A stretch of 64,000 nt of DNA from the NCBI RefSeq assembly GCF_001194135.2, contig NC_068989.1:73411361-73475360 (forward strand), given 5' to 3'. Below, piece after piece: positions 1-14,015 of the stretch (its first letter is position 1; each line of letters begins with the position of its first letter). The translations under genes and the position numbers were made by a program. A model generated the notes under the pieces. That model saw only the letters and a list, made by a program, of their open reading frames with translations, had not been told where the DNA came from and did no database searches. The DNA is from Octopus bimaculoides (Eukaryota).

Positions 1-589
1 CGTTATTATTATTATTTGGAACATTAGGTTAAAAATAAACGCTTAGAGAGAAAGAGTGTTTAGTAGTTTCTACAAATTTCTTTGCAAACCACCCTCCTTT
101 TTACTGTCCAACTATTTATCTTCTGGGCTTTCCATTTTTTGTGTTACTCTTTCTTTTATTTTTTTTTTATTCGTTTTTTTAATTTTCTTTTGTTGTTTCT
201 CTCTCTGATCTGTTTCCAATATAATCCATTTGATTGGCAACCAATATTTCTTTTTCTTTTTTGTTCTAATATTTTTTTGATTCATTATTTCTGTTCCTGT
301 TGGCTAAGAAACCTACCAATGACTTTCCTTTCTCTTCACTTTGTTTTCATTGTTTTTTATTGTTATATTACTTTTTACCCTTTTCCTGTTTATTTTTTTT
401 TGTGTGTGTTCTTTCTTTCTTCTTGAGATAAATTAAAATAGGGCAAGAAAGGCAAATATTTTCTTCCTTCTACTACCACTACCACCACCACCACTATTGA
501 TTAATGACTTAAGCATAAAGCTACAAAATTTGTGGTGGTTAGTCAAGTTAGATGTGGAAGACTATGCTTTCATTTTTTATATTTTTTTA

Positions 590-1045
590 TGATTTGTTTT
601 CATAGAAGAGGCTGTATCTGTACTGTTACAAGCTCTCCAAGACTAGTGGAAAAGCTGATGACTGCAGGAAAAACACATGAGCAGAGGGCTGAGATTCTCA
701 GAGAAGAAGGATTGGGCTTAGTGGTCAGTGCAGAGTGCAGGACTTGAATGGAGATAGACATAGAAGAGAGGGAGATGAGTGAGTCATGTAGACCTGAGAA
801 CCAGTGGCATGAGACCAGCCTCACAGTTCCAAGTAGCAAAGGCCATTGTTGTAGAAGGATTAGAAGCATAGTGTGGAATCTACACGACTGTGGGCCAGAT
901 GTTAGAGTGTGCTTGGTGAGCAACTCCATGTCTATTTGTGCCCCTCCCTGTTTTTTTTTTTTGTTTTTTTTGTGGTAGGGAGGATCTAGGACAATGTTTC
1001 TCAACAGATGATATATGTACTGTGAGGATTGAAAAGAAGTGGACA
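590..1045 (-). mobile_element. Decayed CR1/Jockey-group LINE, 3' end of ORF2 (post-RT C-terminus)
   Basis: Frame-stitched minus translation gives QYIYHLLRN..TLTS-AHSRVDSTLCF*SFYNNGLCYLEL..RST*L..CTDH*AQSFFS-RISAL..CVFPAV. This follows the recalled CR1-type C-terminal pattern EY.SH.W..SL.HRR.V.SLCLFYRY.NG.CS.EL..RSTR..HY..SFFPR...LWN.LP..VFP, with stops and frameshifts. Confidence 0.65.
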
Positions 1046-2188
1046 AATTACTGTACTCCTTTACTTTTATATTTGTTTCAGCTACTTCCCTTCCTTTTGA
1101 TATTTACTTCCAACTGAACTGAAGCAACTGAGGGAAAATGCTTTTAAATTTTCTTTCCCCCCATAAACATAACATAACAGAGCATAGCTACAGTGGATTT
1201 GATCTCTTGCTCCACGAATACCTTCTCAACTTTGTCTCTCTCTGATAGACTTCAAAATGTTTCAACCATCAATTGATTATTAGCTATGTACTTGAAGTTA
1301 CAATAGTAGAGAGTTGTGACAGAACACAAGCCAGGCTTTGATGTCAATCAGTTATTAAAGAAAGAAGAGTGGTCGATGGACAGAATTGGTAAAACTTCAG
1401 ATAAAATGCTTTGTGGTATATAATTATAACCATTTTATGTTCTGAGTTCGAATTCTGTTGGAATAGACTGTGCCTTACATTCCTCAGGGGGTTAATAAAA
1501 TAAAGTACCAGACAAATACTGGTGATCGATTTAATCAATAGTAACGGTCTCCTTAAGCTACTAATCAGTTATTAACAAAAATTGTTAAAAATTTTTCCTT
1601 GCTTGCTGTAGCAGTGTAATAAGTATTATCTTTTACCAGAATGTGTTGTCACCATCATTTGTGATCACCACCACCACCACCACCACCACCGCCACTGCCA
1701 ACAAGAACAACAACAACAACAAGAACAACAACAACAACAAGCACACACACACTCCCATTATAGCAAAATTTAACTCATTCTCGATTAAAAGTAGAATTAA
1801 ACATTATAATTCTTTACTTGCAACAACCTGTCATTGAATGTTCTTTCAATGTTACTATGCCATTGCTATATTTTCAAGAATAACTAAATTGTATTTTTTT
1901 TTACAATGACTGGTGACAGAGAAATAAAGAGAGGCAGAAGCATGTTTATGTATTTGTTTTGCAAGCTTCCTGATGTGAAATTATATGTTGAAACAGATAT
2001 TGATATATCTGCCTATTTACAGGGGAATGCCACATGGGTTGCTTTCAATTTCTTCTATCCTAATGGGTTTTTCAATCCAATATTTAAATGCTATTTTAAA
2101 TAATAGCATTTATGTGCTTTGTCATCCAATTCCGAAAGAAATTCATTTTCACAATTATCATTTGTACTGACCTTATTGAAATATTTAA

Positions 2189-2415
2189 CCCTTTCGTTAC
2201 CGTATATCTGTTGAAATGCATTGCATTTGTGTCAATTAATTCTGAAAATAATGAGCAATTAAGTGAAATAACTTTGTAATAATCATTAAGCCGGTGTTTG
2301 AAACCTAAATTAATGCAAAATTTTTATGGAAGATGGTTATAATTTATTTAATGTTAAATTGGATGTTTGTATCACAGAAAGAAATGCAATCTCAGGTGAG
2401 CTGGTATTAAAATGG
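2189..2415. mobile_element. piggyBac-type MITE family F, diverged copy
   Basis: Starts TTAA-CCCTTTCGTTACCG. The body is similar to 58942-59164 and the right TIR is degenerate. Confidence 0.7.
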
Positions 2416-2721
2416 TTGAGTGTACAATCGCTTTACAATTTCATGTTCTACTGACACTATGAAAATTACATAATGAACAGTGATTAGGGGCCACTCCATT
2501 TCTGAATATGCATGTGCAGATATGGCTGTGTGGTTAAGAAGCTAGCTTTACAATCATGTGGTTCAAGTTCAATCTGACTGCATGGTACCTTGGGCTCTGG
2601 GCTGATCACTGCTTTGTGAGTGCAATTATGCAATGAAGCTCATGCATTTATAAATTCGACTTAAAATGTGAATACATATATTAATACATATCGACACATG
2701 AATATTTTTCAAAATATTTAT

Positions 2722-2838
2722 AAAATATAAATATATATATAAATATACATAAAAATACATGTAAATATATATATATAAATATACATAAAAATACATGTAA
2801 ATATATATATATAAATATACATAAAAATACATGTAAAT
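2722..2838. repeat. AT-rich minisatellite, about 36-bp unit, about 3 copies
   Basis: AAATATATATATATAAATATACATAAAAATACATGT repeated. Confidence 0.9.
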
Positions 2839-2982
2839 AAAACCCATTTGAGGGTACCATCAGGAATGGTATCCTCATGAAATCACATTCTTGATATGTG
2901 TTGCTATGTATTAATATATGTTTATGCATTTTGAGCCAAATTTATAAATGTATAATTGCCTAATTTGAGTTTATATCTCATA

Positions 2983-3015
<33 letters not shown>

Positions 3016-3027
3016 GTTTATGTGTTC

Positions 3028-3058
<31 letters not shown>

Positions 3059-5334
3059 TGGCATCACTCTGTGAACTCATATATTTTAAACTTATATGAT
3101 GAAGCTGTGTAGAATGGAGTAAACGATTGTCATCATCTGCCATTAGGCTCATTGCAAACCATGCAAGTAGATTTCAACAGATGCTAGTTGCCAAAAGGGG
3201 TGTTGGGTGTATTTTCATTGTTTTGTTTTTGATAGTTGTGTTTTTCACTTGTTAAACAGTGTAAGAATTCCAAGCATGTTTGGCAATTTCATGTACTTTG
3301 TGATAGAATTAGTTCAGACATTTTGAAAAGCGTCACTCACAACACACACAGAATATTTGAAATGTTTTCAATATCGTAAAGTACTTACACTTTATTGGCA
3401 GAACCAATTAGGGTAATTATATAGGACTTTAAGCTATTCTCAGTCTTGAATTGAATTCTAAGCACGCAAGAGCTTGCCTACATGTTAGTTCTAATTTTTA
3501 TAGTAAGAATATGGGAATGATTTCAGCAGTCCTGACAGTGTAATTAAAATGTTTTACTCCAGCCAACAATATTTGCTAGTTTGTTGATTAACTCCTAATG
3601 ACTTATTTTAATTTTATATCATTTTTTTTTGTGAACAAAATCATTGTCAGCTATAGGATTCTCAGTGGCACCAACCATTGGGTGATTACTTTAGGAATGG
3701 CATGCAGAAACAAGGGAGTGCCTGTGAAACATTCAATTGAATAAATAAAACTAGGTAATTTTAATTGATCACATTATAATATAAAGCATTTATATTTCAA
3801 GGCATATGGCTCAGTGGTTAGAGTATCAGGCTCACAATCATGAGGTAGTGAACTCGATTCCTGGACTAGGCTGTATATTGTGTTCTTGAGCAAGACACTT
3901 TATTTCCCTTTACTCTAGTTTACTCAGCTGTAGAAACAAATTGTGACATCACTAGTGCCAAGCTATATTGGCCTTTGCATTTCCCTTGGATAACATCAAT
4001 GGCATAGAGAGGGGAGGCTGGTATGTAAGTGCGAGTGCTGGTCTTCCATGAACAACCTTGCCTGGACTTGTGCCTCAGAGGGTAACTTTCTAGGTTCAAT
4101 CCCATGGTCATTCATGACTGAAGGGGGTCTTTACTCTTTACCAAATTTCAAGTGTTTGTATGTTGCTTATTTGAAGCTGAATAATTTTACTCTTTAATCC
4201 TTTTAATGCCCACTTGGTCCATGCCTGCATAAATCAGATTGATTTATGGACTTTGGTGTCTGGAAGGGCATCTGTAGCTGGATGCCCTTCCAGTTACCAA
4301 ACCTGAACTCTTTCCAAGCAAGGTAGTATTTTCCCCATGATCAGCCATGTTTTTGCAGAATATTGGAAATGAATAACACTGCTTGTATGACAGTGATTCT
4401 CATTTACAACTATCATGCAATGTCAAAACAAGGTGACACCAGACAGACACACACTAACACACATGTATATACATGCATATACTCTTTCAGTTTCTATCTG
4501 ACAAATCCTCTCACTAGGCTTTTCTTTGTCTCAAAAGAGTTGAAAACATTTGTCCAGGTTGTAGAAAACATTTGCCTAAGGTGTCATTCAGTGGAACTGA
4601 ACCAGGAACCATGTGGTTGGAAAGTAAACCTCTTACCCCATAACCACACCTGCACCTGTCTGTACTCTAATTCATATCTGAATAAAAATCATGGAAAATT
4701 TCATTATATTAAGGTAGATAATCAGAGGTTCCAGTTGGGCAACATTCATGAAGATGAATATTCCTTTACCTTAAAGAGTAATGAGCCTGCAGGCATTCCT
4801 CAGTGCAGTTGCTTAACCCTCTAGAAATAGCAGTCAAATATCCCACATATCACATCTTACTGTATTCTAAACAAGAAAACAACACAAGATAATATAGTAC
4901 CTCATGTCCCTAAAATGATGAAATGGTTATAACGAGAATGCTTTTTCTTTACAACATAAAGCTTCTCAATCTAGAATTTTGCTAAACAACACCAGCCAAT
5001 GTATAAAGTTATAGATATTTCACTAAACCCTTTTAAAATCTTGATCATGTTGAAAATTAACTGAAATAAACAGTCATTGAAACAGAAGCAGTCTATTCAT
5101 TAGAAACACAGTTATGAAAGTGTTAAAGTATTTAGAGTTATATTACTCTTCTTTATTCTTTTCTTACTTCTTTACTCATTTCAGTCATACTGGAGAACAT
5201 TAACTACAGGGCTTGCATCAATCTAGTACTTATCAGTCTTTGTTATTCTAGCAGTGAAGTAACAGGACAGAAAAGGACACAACACCAGTATATGTGCACA
5301 TGTACACACACACACACTACCTTTTTATCTTTAA

Positions 5335-5710
5335 TTTGTTTTAGTCATTTGACTATGGCCTTACTAAGGGGTTTAGTTGAACAAATTGACCCCAGTGCTT
5401 TTTTTTTTTTAAGTCTGGCGCTTATTCTATCAGTCACTTTTGCTGAGCCACTAAGTTATGGGGATGTAAACAAACCAACACCAATTGTCAAACAGTGGTG
5501 GGGAAAAATCGCAAGCACAAAAGTACACCATACACACACCATTCACACACATACACAGGCTTCCATGCAGTTTCTGTCCACCAGTTTCACTCACAAAGCA
5601 TTGGTCAACCCAGGGTTATAGGAAAAGACACATACTCAAGGTGCCACCTAATGGGATTGACCCTGAAACCACATGGTTGCAAAGTGAGCTTTTTAGCTAC
5701 AGAGCCATGC
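5335..5710 (-). mobile_element. SINE family B
   Basis: Reverse-complement match; accounts for ORFs 5292-5621 and 5485-6132. Confidence 0.75.
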
Positions 5711-5811
5711 CTATGTATGTATGTAACAGTTGTTTTCTGTACAGTTTCTTATTTCTTTATTGCCTACAAAGGGCTAAACATAGAGGAGACAAACAAGGTC
5801 AGACAAACATG

Positions 5812-5985
5812 ATTAAGTCGATTACATCGACCCCAGTGCGTAACTGGTACTTAATTTATCGACCCCGAAAGGATGAAAGGCAAAGTCGACCTCGGCAGAA
5901 TTTGAACTCAGAACGTAATGGCAGACGAAATACCGCTAAGCATTTCGCTCGGCGTGCTAGCGTTTCTGCCAAATCGCCGCCTTTT
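5812..5985 (-). mobile_element. SINE family A
   Basis: CpG-rich (young) reverse-complement copy of family A. Confidence 0.85.
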
Positions 5986-6849
5986 CTGTACAGCTTCTGC
6001 CAACTAAATTACAGTTCTAATTATATATTAGTTAACCCTATAATGTCACATAGTGGTGTTGAACCCAGAACCACATATTTGTGGAGTGAACTTGTAAACC
6101 ACAGAGGGCTCTGCTACACATTTATTTTATAGGATGTTCTTTTTTTTTAATATTTTCTTTTCCTTTTTAATGTTGACACTAGTTACCAAAGCAAGCTTAT
6201 CCCTGACATTTGCCATTTCTTTTGTTTTCATCATTACAAAGAACAGCAAATAAAAGATGCAAATAAATGGAAGTTTTTTTTTCTCTTTTTTATGCAATCA
6301 TGTAAATTGAATGATATTTCAGGGAGGAGGAAAGCGATGTAAAAAAACAACAAAAAAAAAACAAATCAAATCAGAAACAAATCAAAAAAAAAAAAATGAT
6401 GGTAGCCATTACAATGGTGTATATGAATCTCATTTGTTTGACAGAAATTATCCAAGAATTGTCTTTTGGTATAAGCTGTTGCAATAGTCTCATTGTCTCT
6501 GATTGCAGTCAGCAAACATTGACTGTTGAGACAACATGCATGTCACCACCAATGTAAAATGAATTGTTCTGGTTGTATTATTCTGTCTTGTTCTCTGCAG
6601 TTTTACCAGAAACTAGATTTCTCTCTCTCCCTTTCTGTACCTACATACATATATATTTATATTGTTTGATTTTTTTTTTTGTAATTGTTCTTTTTCTAGC
6701 ATGCATAGACTTGAAATTTGTGGAGCTTATTTTCACAGAGGTTTACTAAACAATGGTAATTTCTGCCACCATTGTTATACCATTGCTATTACTATAATTC
6801 GTGATATTGTTATTGATATTATTGTTGTTCATATTATCATCATTAATAA

Positions 6850-7060
6850 GGTGGCGAGCTGGCAGAATCATTAGCATGCCTGGCAAAATGCTTAGTATTT
6901 CGTCTGCCACCACGTTCTGAGTTCAAATTCTGCCGAGGTCGACTTTGCCTTTCATCCTTTCGGGGTCGATAAATTAAGTACCATTTGAGTACTGGGGTTG
7001 ATGTAATCGACTATCCTTCTTTCTCCTAATTTCAGGCCTTGTGCCTATAGTAGAAAGGAT
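6850..7060 (+). mobile_element. SINE family A (GGCGAGCTGGCAGAATC head, AAT/ATT-rich flanks)
   Basis: About 200 bp, with core GAGTTCAAATTCTGCCGAGGTCGACTTTGCCTTTCATCCTTTCGGGGTCGATAAATTAAGTACC. More than 10 copies in the window (also about 1368-1545, 7092-7215, 7560-7700, 23270-23330, 33860-33940, 44858-45060). Confidence 0.85.
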
Positions 7061-7739
7061 TATTAATATTATTAGTAGAGCAATGTAAAGTGGGGAACTG
7101 GCAGAATTGTTAGCATGTCAGAAAAAATGCTGTGCACTATTTCTTTGGGCTCTTTACCTTCTGGTTTCAAATACCACTGAGGTCAGCTTTGCCTTTCATC
7201 CTTCCAGGTTTGAAGTAATAAATCTTGTCAGCAACATGGTGACCTCCGAAGTGTTGGTGCTGTGAAAAATGTACTCAGTATACTCTGTAAAGTGTAGAAC
7301 CTATGCCAAAGCAGACATTGGAGCATGCTGCAGTTCTCAGTTTTACTGGATCATGTCACACACACCCTTGCACCTTTCTTATTTGTTTGTTTTCGGTTGT
7401 TGTTTCCTATCACATTTGATATAAAATACTATGTTTTATGTTATTTTGTATGTGTTTCCCATCTGTCATCGCTTCATCTCTGAAAGGATTCTATATGACC
7501 ATTATTATTACTATAGAGATAGTGTATTGCCAGAATCTTTATAGTGTTGGATTAAATGTCTTACAGTATTTCTTTCCAGCTTTTTACATTCTGAGTTCAA
7601 ATCCCACTGAAGTCGACTTTACCTTCTGTCCTTCCAGGGTCAATAAGATAAAGTACTAGTCAAGTACTAGGATTGATGTAATCAACAAACACGCTCCCTT
7701 CAAAACTAGTCCTAAATCAGAAATCATCGTTATTATTAA

Positions 7740-7950
7740 AGTGTCAAGCTGGCAGAATCATTAGCACACTGGGCAAAATGCTTAGCGGCATTTCATCTGT
7801 CTTTGCATTCTGAGTTCAAATTCTGCTGAAGTTGACTTTGTCTTTCATCCTTTCAGCGTCGACAAAGTAAGTACCAGTTGATTACTGAGGTCAATGTAAT
7901 CAACATACTCCCTCCCTTGGACTTACTGAGCTTGTGCCAAAATTTGAAAG
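7740..7950 (+). mobile_element. SINE family A
   Basis: Similar to 6850-7060. Confidence 0.8.
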
Positions 7951-9480
7951 CATTATTATTATTATAGTAAGTGATGAATCAGTAGAATCTGTAGATGTTG
8001 GCTAAAATGCCATGTGATATTTAATTTCAAGATCTGGTGTACACAATTGAAGCTGTATTATATTAGAATATCCATCTATGTATCATAGTTAATGTATTAT
8101 ACACTGCTGATAAGTAAGTTACTGCAGCTTTTGTCCTGGATGAAATCTCTTAGGGATATATTGTGTTTAAACACATAATGTATAATGGAGGGAAGTAATC
8201 TCAAAGTAATCTCTACAGATATTCTGTATAAACTAGAGCCAGCACTGAAATAGCAATGTGTTTGTGGATGGGTAATGGGTTGGATGTGGTCCTGAAGAAA
8301 GAGCAAGAGCTCCTGAGATATACATATACACCCATCACCTATTTTTCTATCTTTGATTGCATTGTTTACATAGAATGTGTTCATATCAGAAATGTAACTT
8401 TCAGTGTGGGTTCTAGTTTCTTTAGAATATCTAAAGAGATAAAGTGATTGAATTGCACTGCTAACACAGGTAGAACACAGCATTGACTAATAAGCCTTTG
8501 ATATACTTAGTAGCATATCATAGCTGCATAGCAAAATGTGGTATCCCTATGAGCAATTGATAATAAGAAAATCATTTCAGTAGTGGTTAGTGAGAATGCT
8601 CGATGCATTGTGGCCTTTTTGGGCTCTGTCAATGATATGTAACTCACAGCCATTTACATATCTCAATGAAATGCATATAATGTTCTTACTAGTTGCAATT
8701 GGAACGATTTTTTTTTTCATCTCTTTCCAACATACAGTGTACTTTTAAACACAGCATGACCATAAGAGATTTTATCTCAGACAAAAATCACAGTAACTTG
8801 CCTGTCAATGGTGTATATACATTTTGTATGATACATAGCTGACCCTTTTAATTGCATGCTTTTATCATTTTCACAGGGATAGTGAAGGAAACACCAGTCA
8901 AGCACTGGGCTCAATATAATTTACGACATCCCTAATGCCCATCCCCCCCTATTATTTATTGGTATTGTTCCTAGGTATGGAATCACTATTATTTCATTTG
9001 TTGTTGACAGGATTGGGTGAACATGGGACAAACTGTCTAGTAGTATTTGATAGGAATATTTTGAGTTCTGAGTCACTCAAATCTACTACACTCATCCCAG
9101 AAATTTGAGACTTATGTCAGGAAACTGCCCCCTCCCCATTTTCCTTATTATAATTCATCATCATAATCATTGTCATCGATATCATTGTTACTATAATCTT
9201 GTTCTCTCTTTTCACCCTTGTTATCTGTTCCAATTCAAATAGTTCATACTAACACACCTACACACACACACACACATGCTCTCCACTCTCACCTCACAAC
9301 AACCAGATCCCAGCCTGAACCAACACCTCTACAGCTGTCGCCGTCGCTGCCACCGCCACTGTCACTGCCGCCGCCGCCGCCACCACCACCAGAGTTATGT
9401 TTCAGACACTCTTTCAATTTGATAGCTCTTCACACTTGTTAGTTTACAGCACTGCTCTGTATCCACTCCTACTTTCTTTG

Positions 9481-9550
<70 letters not shown>

Positions 9551-9552
9551 CT

Positions 9553-9880
9553 GTTTTAGTCATGTGACTGCAGCCATGCAAGCCTTGTGCTTGTTCTATT
9601 GGTCTTTTTTGCTAAACTGTGAAATTACGGGGGGGGCATAAAACATACCAACATCAGTTGTCAAGCGATGGTGGTGGGGGACAAACACAGACATAACCAT
9701 ACAAATATATACATGCACATATATATATATGACGAGCTTCTTTCAGTTTCCATCTATCAAATCCACTCACAAGGCTTTCGTCAGCTCAAGGCTAGAGTAG
9801 AAGACACTTGCACATGGTGCCACGCAGTAAGACTGAACCTGGAACCATGTGATTGGGAAGCAAGCTTCTTACCACATAGC
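9553..9880 (-). mobile_element. SINE family B
   Basis: Reverse-complement match, adjacent to the (TA)n tract at 9483-9546. Confidence 0.8.
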
Positions 9881-9911
9881 CACATCTGTGTGTGTGTGCA
9901 TGTGTAAGTGT

Positions 9912-10125
9912 GTGACTTAGTGGTTAGGGTGTTGAACTCAGGATCACAAAATTGTAGTTTCATTTCCTGGACCATGGGTGGTGTATTGTGTTCTTGGACT
10001 AAGTACTTCATTTCAGTTTCCTCCAATCCGCTCTGCTGGCAAAAGTGAGTAATCCTGCAACAGACGGGTATCCTATCCAGTGGGGGATGTATCACAGATT
10101 CTGAGAAATCAGCCTTATGGCCCCT
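9912..10125 (+). mobile_element. tRNA-headed SINE-like element (an inverted homolog lies at about 59400-59640)
   Basis: Both copies share GCTGGCAAAA(A/G)TGAGTAATC(C/T)TGCAA..GAC.GGTATCC.ATCCAG. Confidence 0.6.
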
Positions 10126-10677
10126 TTTTTTAAATATATATATGTATATATGTCTGATTATGTGTCTCTCCTATCTATCTATCTGTCTATAGACAGACAG
10201 ACAGATAGATAGACAGACAGACAGATAGACAGACAGACAGTCTGCCTGTCTGTCTATCTACCTATCTCTCTCTGTCTATCTTTCTTTCTATCTGTATGTC
10301 TGTCTTTCTGTCTGTGCATGTATGTATGTATGTACAGGTGTGCGTGCTAGAAAATATTATTATAGAAATATTTCACAACTCTTATGTTCTCTTTCCTTGC
10401 CTCATTAAACATAAAATAAAAATAAAATAAAAAAAGAAGTAAATATGTCCAACAGAGTGTTAGACGATATACTTCAGTGGTATTTGGTTACATATTTGTA
10501 AGTTCAAGTTCTGGTGAGTGTTAATTTTGCTATTCATCCTTCTGATTTTGATAAGATAAAGTATCAAGTCAAGTACTGGAGTTGGCATAAGGGACTTGTA
10601 GGTGGTGCCCCAGTATGGCCACAGTCCAATGACCTAAAATGAGTAAAAGAAAATAGACATTCTTTCATAGTTACAGG

Positions 10678-11052
10678 TGTAGACATGGCTGTGTGGTTAA
10701 GGGATTTGCTTTGCAACCAGATGATTTTGGGTTCAGTTTCACTGCATAGCACCTTGGGCAAGTGTCTTTTTGTATAGCCTTGAGCTGATCAATGCCTTAT
10801 GAAGGAATTTGGTTGGTGGAAACTGTAGAGAAGCCTGTTGGATATACATACAGAGCTGTGCGTGTGTGTGTATTTCCCCCACAGTGTGACAACCAGTATT
10901 GGTTTGTTTATATCCCTGTAAGTTAACAGTTTATCAAAAGAGACTTAATTGCCAGATTTTAAAATAACTATTGGGGTCAATTTAATTGACTAAACCCTTC
11001 AAGGCTGGGCTCCAGCAATGCAACAGTCCAGTGGCTGAAACAAGTGAAAAAT
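10678..11052 (+). mobile_element. SINE family B, old copy
   Basis: Head TGGCTGTGTGGTTAAG...GGTTCAGTTTCACTGCATAGCACCTTGGGCAAGTGTC followed by the 3' module. Confidence 0.75.
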
Positions 11053-12386
11053 ACAACATAAAAGGTATATTTCATTCTTCACCCCCACTCCCAATATTTT
11101 ACTTATTGGATGGTAAATTAGAAGAATCAGTGACCTTTATGCTTCCAAGGTCAAAACCTGTTGAAGACCAAAAGCATACTATCTGGGTTGATACTATAAA
11201 CAAGGTGGTACCAGTCATGAACTGAGAATAATATTGCTTGATTGTACTCTCAACCTCTCCTATGAGTTTGTGGCCAGCCTTGTGTCAATGTTAGTATTAA
11301 GAAGCAGAAGATGAGTACAACACAAGGTCCAGTCTTTGTCTTGGTCTTGTGACTTGTGTGTCTTAATGATCCTGAGAGCTGTGCCAGCTGGGTACAAGTT
11401 CTTCACTGGGCCTTTCATGCTGGGTAGGTCAAAGGATAGAGGCCAGACTAATATGGGTTACCTTCTCTCAGAGGTAAAAATAGGTTTGGGTACGATCAGC
11501 ACCCTTACCTAGAAAAAGAAAATTACAGGAGCATTAATGACAATTCAAAACCCCAGACCTTGGAGAGAACAGAAGCAAAATAGAAGCCCAGATTTGAAGA
11601 TAGTGGATAAAAAAAAATCGTCATTGGCCTATGCTCCATTAAAAATAAAGGGCTTAAGTAAGATATAGATGAGTAATCAGGCTGGCTTTCTAACTGCAGC
11701 CAATGATAGAAGGAAGCAGAAAAGCTGTTTGAGTATGCTTCTATAATGTGCACTCTCTCTCTCTCTTGTACACACCNNNNNNNNNNNNNNNNNNNNNNNN
11801 NNNNNNNNNNNNNNNNNNNNNNNNNNNNNNNNNNNNNNNNNNNNNNNNNNNNNNNNNNNNNNNNNNNNNNNNNNNNNNNNNNNNNNNNNNNNNNNNNNNN
11901 NNNNNNNNNNNNNNNNNNNNNNNNNNNNNNNNNNNNNNNNNNNNNNNNNNNNNNNNNNNNNNNNNNNNNNNNNNNNNNNNNNNNNNNNNNNNNNNNNTTA
12001 AATGATTCAGTAGGAGTGTAATGCTAGAATTTAGCCCCTTCAATGAACCAGAACAATGACATGCATTATTTAAAAAAATTTTTTGTTTGGTTAAGGTTTA
12101 TTATTATTTTTTTTTTTTTTTTTAGTGGTATAGGAATGAAACTAGGTTATTGTGTCACTGCCATTGCTGGTTGTTCTAGAGAACAAACATTCCGGAATGT
12201 ATGGAAGCAACACACAAAAAAAAAAAAAAATGGCCATCTAACTGATAAGGCTAGCCTCACCATTTACAGACATTTTGAAATTAGTTTTGTCAGTTTTGTG
12301 AGCAATGAGCAATTTAGTAGGAACATTTTGAAATGCATATTCCCCCCTCTCTCTCTCTCTCTCACACACACATCTATGTGTTGGTA

Positions 12387-13415
12387 AATGCAATTGAAAC
12401 AGCATTATATTAAAATTGCCAGCTGTGTATCATATGAAATGCATATGCAGTGTTGAAAGGCATGATACTGTGGTTATTATTTGAGAGAGTATCTTTCCTT
12501 AGACATGTCACATTAACAGCACAATATACATTGGAGCAAGGTAATTATCATTGCAGCAGTAAATCATGAGAATGATCATCACATTTCATCCTACATGAAG
12601 CTTATCAATTCCATGAATTCATCTGTTACCTGCTAACATAGGAAATTTGTGCTTCAATATATGAGTGACAGGGGATAATACATTTACTGGTATTGCAGAA
12701 AGCTGACTGGGCTGGGAAAAACTCTGTGAATGCAGTTGAAACAGCATTAAATTAAAATAACTATTTGTGTATCATACTAAATGTATATGCATGTTTGAAA
12801 GGCATGATGCTGTAGTTATTGTCTGAGAGAGAATCTCTTAGACATGTCATGTTAAAATCTAGATGCAAAGGTGAATATGCATAGTTCTAATAATTTTATT
12901 GAACTACGTTAATGGATAACATTTTCAACACAGTTTCCACCATTAATGATGTAAAGTTTGATGCATTTTACATGATTCATTTGAACCTGATGCAATAACT
13001 CCACATTTCTTTCAATTTGAGCATATTCATTCATCCAAGCTTTATGTTTCACCCTGTATATTGGAGCGATGTGAACATCATCGTAACAGTGACCCACAAA
13101 AGCAGCAGACATGTTTTGCCCTATACAGGACTGAAAAGTGGCTCTGGCTTTGTAGTACAAATGTTTTGTTTTCATAAGTTTTGAATTAAAATTACAATTT
13201 AGGTTCCTAACACAAGCTTAATGATAACTAAATTATTTTACTAAATTCTTTGATATATTTAAAATAATTGAAAGAGATACAGAGCATCTCAAAATAAATA
13301 TGGTAACGAGTGGGTTAATGCCATACACCTGTTTGTCACCTGCTAAGATGAAATTAGTGTTACAACACATAGGAAACTGTGAATAATACATTAACTTGTA
13401 TTGCAGAAAGACACT
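12387..13415. repeat. Old local duplication (A: 12387-12516 / 12729-12856; B: about 12590-12710 / 13322-13415)
   Basis: AATGCA(A/G)TTGAAACAGCATT..GAAAGGCATGAT(A/G)CTGT..TTAGACATGTCA occurs twice, 342 bp apart. Confidence 0.75.
13118..13314. mobile_element. piggyBac-type MITE family F, inverted relative to the 58942 copy
   Basis: Reverse complement of the family F body; ends GGTAACGAGTGGG-TTAA. Confidence 0.7.
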
Positions 13416-13804
13416 GATAGTATTTGCTATTAATCTCTTAATGTAATACCTAATGCAAATGCTGAGATGGACAGATTACTTAGTAGTAAGGAAGTTATCA
13501 AAACAAAAGTGAGAAATGAAATGCAACTTTATATGCTTTGCTTGGAGCTGTTCTTTCTATGAAATATATCCTGAAACAACATGATAAATGCTACAAAGAT
13601 TATTGTTTACCTGAAGCAACATTAAATACATTAAATAAAATTGAAACGATGGACATATATCTGTCTCAGATAAATGACAGCAATGCTGAAAATACTGAAG
13701 AATTCAGTAGTTTAGAAGATTGCAGAGTCAGATATATGTACAAGTTAAGATACAATTTTTAGGATTCTTTTTAACTTCAGCTTGGTAACAAAAAGGTTAA
13801 AGAT

Positions 13805-14015
13805 GGTATCTGTTGAAATACAATGCTTTTGTTTCATTTGATTTTGGAAATAATGAAGAATTTACCAAAATAATTTCATTGTCATTAAACCAGAATGTGA
13901 AACATAAATTAACCTGAAATTTTGATGTACAGGGTTTTAATTCAGTTCACTTAACACATGAAGTTTGCATCATAAAATCCAGGGATGGTCTTGGTTGCAT
14001 TGGTATAAAAAGGGT
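13805..14015. mobile_element. piggyBac-type MITE family F, old copy
   Basis: Diverged similarity to family F; ends TGGTATAAAAAGGGTTA. Confidence 0.55.

Noticed and set aside
655-672. Hammerhead-like CTGATGA-CTGCAG-GAAA (also CTGATGAG at about 23664 and CTGAGGA at about 51909)
   Set aside because: I could not build stems I and III with an NUH cleavage triplet for any of them.
532-978. Two abutting in-frame plus ORFs separated by a single TGA (possible selenocysteine or readthrough)
   Set aside because: The region is the antisense of a decayed CR1/Jockey-like LINE; I saw no SECIS-like element and no recognisable protein on the plus strand.
8097-8483. 128-aa minus ORF in unique sequence
   Set aside because: No recognisable domain, weak splice and start context, and a possible very old LINE remnant; not supportable as a gene.
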